Shown here: in pieces, positions 52,985 through 64,000 of the stretch
How positions within the stretch are numbered: the stretch's first letter is position 1
Layout: each line of letters starts with the position of its first letter
Source: Paramecium tetraurelia
Taxonomy: Eukaryota
Reading direction: 5' to 3'
Length of the DNA: 64,000 nt
NCBI GenBank assembly: GCA_000165425.1
Contig: CT868681.1
Coordinates: 124,001-188,000, forward strand
The notes under the pieces: generated by a model
Told to the model about the DNA's origin: nothing
What the model saw: the letters and a program-made list of their open reading frames with translations, nothing else
Database searches by the model: none
Made by a program: the position numbers and the translations under genes

Positions 52985-54188
52985 TAAATATTTATATATA
53001 TCTATAAAAAATCAAATTAAAGATTGCTAACTTAAATACTCATAAAATATTTATATTTAATTGCATTATTAAACAATATCACGATATTAGATATTATATA
53101 TTGTTTAAAATAGAATTATTGTCAATTTTAGGACTTATTTAAGTTCATTTAAACATGATTTAAACGATTGTCTTTTGGTAATCATTCTTTCATATTGCCC
53201 CTTATAGTTTGATGTATTTTGCAATTGGTTCCTATGTTAATATCAGTTCAATAATAATTCAAATGTCTATATTCAGCCTAATACTTAATCAATAAACTTT
53301 TCGACGTTATGCAATCAATTCAAAACACAAAAAGCTAGGTTTCAATTCTGAAAGATTTTTTTTATGATAAATTTAGATTAAATCATATATTATTACCTTC
53401 ATAACGATTATATAATTTTAATGTAATCGAAAAATTAATATTAAAAATAAATATAAAATATTTGTCAAGCAATCTTTTTGTATTTGATAAAATTTATTTC
53501 CTAAAAAGTTTTATAATGCTTACAATGATGAGATACAAGGCTATTTGAATCACAGACTCTCATTAATTAAATATTTAACATTTTTTTCTTTCTTTCAATG
53601 TTCATCATGTGTTATGGTTTCGAATGAAATCTATCTGAATTGTTATCTTTTGAATTTATAAAGGAGAATTAGAGTATAGCAACTTATCTTTAATCTTATT
53701 TCCTTTCCTTTGATTCAGGATGTATTATTGTTTCTTTATTTATACTTAGTGATCTATAATCGCAAATCTATGGAAGCAAAATATGATCTATGTCATTTTA
53801 AACAACTAATCTTTTTTTATAATGAATCATAGCAATAGTATAATTGAAAAATTATATAATGAATATTGATCATAATCAATAAATCCACCTAAATTAAAAT
53901 TATTCTATATTTCATATTATTCTAATTTGCAATATCAAAAAACAAACCTTAACTTAACTCAACTATCTTATATTCTTGTTCTTCATTTTAATGTACAATT
54001 TAATTTTTAATCCTAATTCAACCTACCCCAGGTGGATATAAAAAGTGTAGAACCATATAATTTAGGCATTAATATCGATTTAGGGATGGGGAAAGAACAA
54101 AATGAATTAAAAAATGTAATAAATATACTCTTTTTAGAAACTTTATCAAATTAATGAAATATTTAAAAATAATAATAATTGCTTTTAC

Positions 54189-55915
54189 ATGATAAACTCA
54201 ATTAAGAACTAATTTAAGCAATAGCTTGAATTACTTCAGGATAAGAAGTACAAAAAACCAGCTTTTGAAGCTTATAATATGAAGAGAGCCTTTGTCACTT
54301 TGGATTAAGCCTTTGAATATGTTGGAGACAATTCCAAATATCAATAGAGGATCACATTATTATTATGCATATAATTTTTGTTTTACTCATTTTTTGTTAT
54401 GGGTATGCCCTATTTGTTATAAAATCCTTCCAAATATTGCACTGATGAAATCTGCATTGAATATCCGAATTGTAATAATAGAATAGATAGTTTAATTGGA
54501 TTTGACAGTATTGCTAAAGAATTTGGATTATTTTGTAATGGTAGAAAGGCCTTTATAGCTGCATTATTTTTTGTTGGTTAAATGTTTGGAGGCTTTACAT
54601 TTCCAATATTGGCAAACATTTTTGGAAGAAGAAAGATTTTATTATTTGGAATGAGTTTAGGTTCGATATCTATTTTTGTAGGATCTCTTTGTGATAATTT
54701 ATTATCTCTTTATGCCCTCTTCTTTATTGCAGGATTTGGGTTGAGTGGCTATGAGACTGTCGTTTATGTGTACATTACAGAAATAAGTGCCTTAAGATTT
54801 CGATCTATTGCTAGCTCCTTGTTAATTGTTATATGGAGTTCTTCGATGCTTATATACCCATTTATCGTTGATATTTTATAGTCATGGCGACTTTTAATGA
54901 TGTGGAGTATCGGAGTCCCTCTATTAATAACGATCATATTGGATTATTTTTACTTTGTAGAATCACCAAGATGGCTTATTTCTAAATAGTAATATGACGA
55001 ATGCAGAAGAGTATTTAGATTTATGAGTATTTTTAATAAAAGAAGACCATTTGAATTCAACTTCATGGAAGAACTAGATAAATTCAACAACCGTTGTGTA
55101 AAAGTGGCTTCAATGAAAAAAGTGGAAACTTAAATTAAATTAATACAACAATCTAACTAGACTGCTGGATATTGGGAATTGTTTAAAAGATCAAAATTGC
55201 TGACCTAAACCTTAATATTGGTTTAAATGTGGTTTTTGAGATATTTCACATATTATGGTCTCCAATTTTCGGTATCTACATTTGGAATATCAATGACAAC
55301 TACTTTGAGAATGCTGGCTTTGGTTGAATTACTGACTGGAATGTCAAGCTGTAAAATTATTTATTTATCAATTAGTATATTTTAAGTTGAAATACCCTAG
55401 AATCATTTCATTGCAGTTTTGCCTACTCACAATGATTTTGAGTGCCACATTAGCATATATAGATGTACCCTTAGAATGCTAGGGTTCATTATGCTGGCAA
55501 CAAATACTTCATTTGGTCAGTGCTATATTGATCAAGGCAAGTATCACTATTTATAATTCAATGCTTAATACATATACAGGAGAAGCCTATGTGACAACTG
55601 TCAGATCATATGGGTATGGAGTTTGCATGACTTTTGGATAACTAGGCAGTACATTTGCTCCTCTCTATGTGTCTTATGTGTAGGAGATCTATCAATAAGC
55701 AAATGCAATAACAATAGTTGGGTTGTTGGCATTACTTGCTCTTGGATTAACATGGTGTGTACAAATCTTAATAAGCCAAATTTAGGTTTTTACAAGAAAC
55801 TTACAAACAGGATATGTATGATAATTTGAGCGATGAAGTAATGGCAACCCAAACCCTTCCCCTGATTAATCAGGAAATGTAATTTGATGAAATCGAACTT
55901 TAACAATTAAGATGA
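54189..55915 (+). CDS. MFS transporter, SLC22/organic cation transporter-like
   Basis: Reads LDQAFEYVGDNSKYQ, SIAKEFGLFC, LANIFGRRK, YVYITEI, FVESPRWL and YTGEAYVTTVRSYGYG. Confidence 0.85.
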
Positions 55916-55941
55916 TGATTAATATAATTATATATTTTTTT

Positions 55942-57476
55942 ATGCAACAGTTGAGGAGCAGCCATTTCTAATTAGGCCAAACCGATTAAAGTACACACCT
56001 GATACATAACAATATTAGAAAATTAGTTCACTTCAACCATGAAAATGAATTTTAAAGGAGATAAAGTAAATGATTAAGCCACTGGAGTTGGAGATAAATT
56101 GAATTTAAGAGGAGTGCATTTTCATTTAGGAGAGTCAAAACGTACAATTTGAATTCCTATTATAGCTTCATATAACACAATTTTCAAGACTGACTTTTAG
56201 GGTAAACAAATAGGTGAACCTGCTACCTTAAATGAAGAAAAAAAAAATGACTTGAGAACAAATCATTTTGTGCTTGGCCATCAATAGGCTCAATAAGTAT
56301 CAATTACAAGAGCTACTTATAATGAAAAACCGCTCCAACCAGGATTATAAAATGAATAAGAAAGTAAAATGCATATATCCTAAATATGAGTACAAAAAAA
56401 TAAAATGAGATCACATCATCATAATTTCGCGGAAAGTTCTCATAAGATGATGCAAACAAACTATAACTAACAATATTAACCTCAATAATTAGAACCCAAA
56501 CAGGATTTAGCCGAAAGAGCAAGATAACTAAGAGTTTCCAATATATTTCTGGGAAAGGAGGTAAATAAGGCCATATACAATTTATTAGTAAGTTCCCATG
56601 ATTACAGCCTAATAAGAAGACTACAATAAGAAGGAAGGAGGAGCTTAGGCTTCATTCAAACCAGGATTTCAATCAACTCATTTTAATTTTGGCAATGCGA
56701 ATACTGATTTCAAAACCATGAATCAAGAATTTTTCCATCAGTAGGAAATAACATCAAACCCATTTGCAGAAGAAAACCGATAAAATCTCAGAGGTTATAT
56801 CATTTATAATTGTTTTAGCAACTCATTTTACATTAGGAAAAGACAATTAACCATATCAATCTGAATAAATGTCACATTTCAGACCACATTCAGAAAATAA
56901 GATTAACTATATCAATAACACTGCTGCCTTATAAGGAAGCCATTTTACTATTGGAGATCCAAGATTTATGAATCATAAAACTTAAACATTTTATAACACC
57001 ACTATGAAACCACCTGAATAATAGTAGCATTAATAGGCAAGAGATTAGTAAATGGATCGAGGATCTAACTTTAAAGTTGGAACAGATAATATATCATATA
57101 GATCAGAAATGCAATCCAAGTAACATTTAATCAATATTCAAGTTTTAAAAATCCATCAGGATAACCTGCATAATTATCTGAAAAACTATTAAAAGATTTA
57201 CGATCTTCTCATTTTGGTTTGAATGATAATGTTAGTAAAAATACTTATTTGACCACCAAATAAGCGGAAGCATTAAATCAATAATAAGGCTAACCAAATA
57301 AGCTAGATCCACATGCAAGTGCAAATTTAAGATCTCATCACTTCAACCTTGGTTAGACAAAAGGAGACTTAATTTCATAAACACATGATATACATAGACC
57401 ATTAATAGGAAAGCCAAATACATTAAATTAATAGTAAGCAAATAATCTAAGAAAGCATCATTTCGCATTATCATGA
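55942..57476 (+). CDS. Repeat protein with about 10 LRxxHFxLG units; SAXO5/TEX45-like candidate microtubule inner protein
   Basis: Units include QLRSSHFQLG, NLRGVHFHLG, DLRTNHFVLG, NLRATHFTLG, ALQGSHFTIG, DLRSSHFGL, NLRSHHFNLG and NLRKHHFAL. Several introns. Confidence 0.7.
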
Positions 57477-57840
57477 TATCATAAGATAATAATAATTTAT
57501 GAATGCCATCTTCTATTAAAATTTTTTTGGGTTAAATTATAGCAAGTTTAAATCTAAAATTTAATCTATCTTTTGCATTTTATTATTGGTTTGATTGAAA
57601 ATAGCATTTAATCTTTTTGTCGCCTACAATTAAATTCTAATAATGGATGTTAAGGAAGCGTTCATGAGAAGTTTTTCACACATTATAGTCTTTATTTGAT
57701 CATCATCATCAAAGCAGCTTACACAGTAAGAAAATAGAACTCTTGATTGTTTTTCTAGTTAGTTAGATGAATATCTTTTAATAAGCAATATAAAATTATA
57801 TATACTATTATTTAATGTATTTATTTATCAATTTACTTAA

Positions 57841-58771
57841 TCAAAGATCTAAGTCTTATTTCTTATTTTTTTTAGACTTTTGATTTCTCTTTTCAATTTC
57901 TTATTTCACTCTTTCTAAATCCTTAAAATAATGAATAAAATTACCTTATCAACTTGATGCGAACCACTTTGTGCTTTTTTAGCTTTCTCAGCTAATACTT
58001 TTTTTATGTCTACTTTATCAGCTTATTATTATTATGGTTGTTATTATTATGGTTGTTATTATTGTTGTTATTATTATTATTCTGGCTTTTTCTCAGCGGC
58101 ACCTTAGGCTGGTTATTTATCAGCTTCCTTATTTTTGTTTTTCTTCTTCTTTTTTTTTTCTTAATCTCCAGCCTATTCACCCTCTTTTTAAGTAAATCCT
58201 AATTCATTCAATATAGCATCTAAATCTTCATTTTCTTTCTTCTTTTAATCTTTCTTCTTTTATTATTATTACTTTTCTTCTTAAGTTTATTTTTGTTTTA
58301 AGACTATAGTATAACTATACAAACATACTTTGATATTAATCGACCTATTCTTCTTTAGGTTATTCTTATTCTTTTGTTTATTCTTCAGTTTAGACTTATT
58401 CTTCAGGTTTCTATTCCTCTTCGTCACTGTCATTCAATAGTCCTTGGAAATTGTTTTTCTATAGATCTATAAATTTTGAATACACTTGGTTTGATTCTGC
58501 GAGCCTCTAATGCAGCTTATTACTCTTTTTAAATTTGTTCAGCCTATTTCTTTTACAACTCCTTGAGTCTAACCCATTCTGGCTTATGATGCTTTTGATA
58601 GGGTTTTTTTGACTATTTCTTTTGTTCATTATTTTATTCTTATGGTTATTCTTATTTGACATCTTGGGTCTAATCTTCTTACGGTTATGTTTCTTAACCT
58701 TGTGGTTGAGTAATTTCTTCATCATCTGAGATTTCGGCCCAATTGACATTTGGAGTGGTACTATCAGCCAT
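57841..58771 (-). CDS. Disordered K/Q/E-rich protein
   Basis: Starts MADSTTPNVNWAEISDDEE, includes ENEDLDAILNELGF and Q-rich tracts, and ends DLDL then TGA. Contains introns. Confidence 0.65.
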
Positions 58772-58818
58772 TTCAAGATATAAATATTTTTAAATATTTT
58801 ACAAAGTTAATAATCAAA

Positions 58819-61279
<2,461 letters not shown>

Positions 61280-61545
61280 AATTTAATTATTATTATCCGC
61301 GAAATAATATTAAAAGCGCCAATTAAAAAGGAAAATTTTTGTAATTTTATATCACTAAAAATTTAAATTATAAAATAACTCAATTCTGGTTCTTTTATTT
61401 GAACTCTCTTATCAATCATGCAAGATCTCATAAAAGTGGTGATTCTGAAAGTGCAGTTATATGTTTAAAAAGCAACTATTTAATCGACTAGCATTTTGGT
61501 GGCAAAGGATAATTTGGTAAATAGGATGGAGAAGTTCGATACTTT

Positions 61546-62647
61546 TTGATGTCACTTTTTAAGAGGTTTATTGTTTCCCGTCTATTTAAAGTTCTGATTA
61601 ATTTAATTTTTATGAAATAAGCTAATCTCATTGAGGTTAGTGTTGAAGATCCTAAATTGAAGCCACTTCTCAAAGAAAACAACTAGAGTCCTGTGTAAAC
61701 TAAATCATTGCTTATAAAATTTAAGTTTGCAAAGATTAGTGAAGTTGTTATTAGTAAATATCATTCTTAGATGATGTTTAGAATTAAATCAGAAACCTAG
61801 GAATATTATAGCAAAACTATGTAACCTTTCATAATAATCAACTCAATCAAATTAATATGACTTGGAGTATATAAAATTATCCTATGTTACTAATGAGAAT
61901 CAAAAAGTCATTTATTGTAGCTCTGTTAACACAAATTAAGTAACAATAACAGTAAACATTAAGCTCTATACAAATCTCTTAATAAAGCTTGAATAGAATG
62001 ATGTAGCTTTTTATAGCATCTAATTATATGGTTAGGAATAAGCTCCTAAAGCAAAATAAAGTTTTTGGGATAATTTCTTTGTCTAACCATTGTCTAATGG
62101 TACACCCGACCACCATACAAACAACAAAGATCAAGAAGAAAGAAGGATATAGGAAATGAATAAAATTGCATAGAAAGAAAAAATGGAACTTGAAAAGGCA
62201 GTAGAAAATAGTTTCGTTAGTGCCAAATATGAATAGATAAATTAAAAATAAATCATAGAGTCTATTAAAGACACCAAATAATTTTAGTAAAGATAAGTAT
62301 ATCAATTTCAAGAAGATGAACAAATGAGCTAAGAGATTTTGATGGAAAACAATGATTTATAGAAATATTAATATGGAGGGAAGAAACAGCCTTAAGTGAG
62401 GAGTGAAAATTTTGGATATACAGATAAGAATAGTGTTCCTGATTTGGGATTTAAGGGGAATGCTAAGGAAAAGTAAGGATAAAATAGTGATGACCAAATA
62501 AAAATACATTTTATGACAAAGTATAAAGCAGATGATATTAATCAGGCTTTTATGAGAATGCATTAATTATGTAGAATCATTTGATAATTTGTAGTGGAGG
62601 AAACAGGGGGAGCGAAGAGAGTTCTAAAAAATGTGATGTATAATTGA
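61546..62647 (+). CDS. Hypothetical protein (start uncertain)
   Basis: Long TGA-free frames joined by probable small introns. Ends GAKRVLKNVMYN then TGA at 62645-62647. Confidence 0.4.
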
Positions 62648-62664
62648 TATTATAAAATAAATAA

Positions 62665-63649
62665 ATGGCACAAAATCCTGCCATCATCGAAGTGGCTGAG
62701 AATCCTGAGGAAATCAAGAAGAAGATCAAAGCCTTGCCATTGAAAGAGAAGTTGAAAGCAGTGGCATTGAATTATTACTTGCAATAGAAAAAGAAGTTGG
62801 ATATTGAATTGGAGAAGGAAATGAAAAAGCTTTAAATTCAATTCGATGAGAAGGCAGCAAAAATATACAAAGCAGTAGATATGATGAAATAACAGATAGT
62901 CAAATGAAATTATTGAAGGGACACGTTTGCTTACAGAAGAGGAATTGAAGGATGTTGATTTTTATCTGGAAGGAGAGGAAGCCACATAGAAGAATCAGGC
63001 CTTGACAGCTGAGCCAATCAATGGTTATTGGTTTAAGGCATTGAAGAATTCAGATATCATAGCACAAGAAATAAAAGACAGAGACGATCCGATTTTAAAA
63101 TCTCTTACAAAGATCGAATATGAACCTTAAGAGAAGAGTGACAATTTTTCATTAAATTTTTATTTTGCTCCAAACGATTACTTCAAAAACTCAGTGCTCA
63201 AGAAAAAGTTTATATTGAAAGGTGTAAATTATTGATTCATATTTGAAGATGGTGAAAACCCTGTGAAAAGTGAAGGTACTATTATAGAGTGGAACGATGG
63301 CAAGAATGTGACTAGAAAGTTGATAAAGAAGAAACAGTTGGAGAAGAAGAGTGGTATAGTTAAGACGATCTCTCAGGAGGTGGATGCAGAAAGCTTTTTT
63401 ATCTTCTTTAAACCTATCAATTTAGAAGACAAAGAACAAATAGAGAAATGGGTGTAAGAAAATAAATTGGATAAATATGCAGAACGTATGGATATCGATT
63501 ATGATATTGCTCGTATGATTATAGATGAAATTATTCCATATTCATTGGAGTATTATTTGGGAGTCAAAATTAATGATGCCTTTGATGATATTGAGGAAGT
63601 GGATGCTGAATCATCAAAGGGTAGTGATGAAGAGGAAGAAAACAAATGA
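62665..63649 (+). CDS. Nucleosome assembly protein (NAP1 family)
   Basis: Reads PINGYWFKALKNS, FYFAPNDYFKNSVLKK, GTIIEWNDGKNVT, AESFFIFF and IIPYSLEYYLG, with an acidic tail. Confidence 0.92.
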
Positions 63650-63833
63650 GGAAATATTAGATGAATTAATGAATATAAACAGTTAAATTAATTTATTATA
63701 ATTTTTATAATAATTATTATAATATATATTTTAAATAAGATATTGAGGCTGAATTATATTACGTATTAAAATCAATGTTCATATCCTCAGACAAATATCT
63801 TGATATTAATTTATATAAAAAAGAATCAAATTT

Positions 63834-64000
63834 ATGTACGTGAAACCTTTACCCTCTCTAACTCACATTGGTAGATACTATGTCCGCATCATAAAGGACT
63901 TGTCAGTCGTCAAACAAATCCCAGCTGGCTCAACAGTGCTTGTTGGAGGCTTTGGATTATGTGGTATTCCAGAGTGCAGCATCAATGCCTTAAAGGAGGC
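63834..64000 (+). CDS. Succinyl-CoA:3-oxoacid CoA transferase (SCOT/OXCT-like), 5' end; continues beyond the window
   Basis: Reads [47 protein letters not shown], which contains the CoA-transferase family I signature. Confidence 0.85.
   Translation, partial: MYVKPLPSLTHIGRYYVRIIKDLSVVKQIPAGSTVLVGGFGLCGIPECSINALKE

Noticed and set aside
52990..54180. AT-rich gap upstream of the SLC22-like gene
   Set aside because: Only short uninformative frames and no supportable feature.
57500..57830. Short minus-strand CVSC-containing frame
   Set aside because: No clear start or domain, so it is too weak to call.
58020..58085. (TTA/TTG)n microsatellite-like tract
   Set aside because: It encodes a poly-Gln stretch (TAA/CAA codons) on the minus strand.

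Overview
This window is very AT-rich, gene-dense eukaryotic DNA from a ciliate macronuclear chromosome, most likely Paramecium. TAA and TAG read as Gln inside conserved domains, TGA is the only stop, GT-AG introns are about 22-36 nt, and many intergenic gaps are under 30 nt. The supplied standard-code ORF track therefore fragments every gene, so I re-read the genes by hand with the ciliate code. I can support about 45 protein genes, one tRNA-Leu(TAG) and one WD40/pentapeptide pseudogene. Recognisable genes include the TOR 3' end, a stand-alone response regulator, a DDX54-like helicase, prohibitin, aconitase, CAMK, CDC7-, CDK9/12- and NEK-like kinases, a SIZ/PIAS SUMO ligase, a CTL transporter, an MT-A70 methyltransferase with ZZ fingers, cystatin, carboxypeptidase Q, ceramide synthase, MBOAT, two MFS transporters, two purple acid phosphatases, MCM6, NAP1 and the SCOT 5' end. 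The main leads are: (1) three small N-acylated proteins sharing an unexplained C-terminal motif NLNx(K/R)F(L/I)xML, one with ATT in place of its start ATG; (2) a SUMO ligase with no TGA that runs in frame into a downstream secreted-protein gene; (3) an AMT2/5-type candidate DNA 6mA methyltransferase; (4) a possible spliced acidic N-terminal extension on aconitase; and (5) a mosaic tandem phosphatase pair flanking a pseudogene. Intron boundaries and some starts are manual inferences, and no database searches were run.
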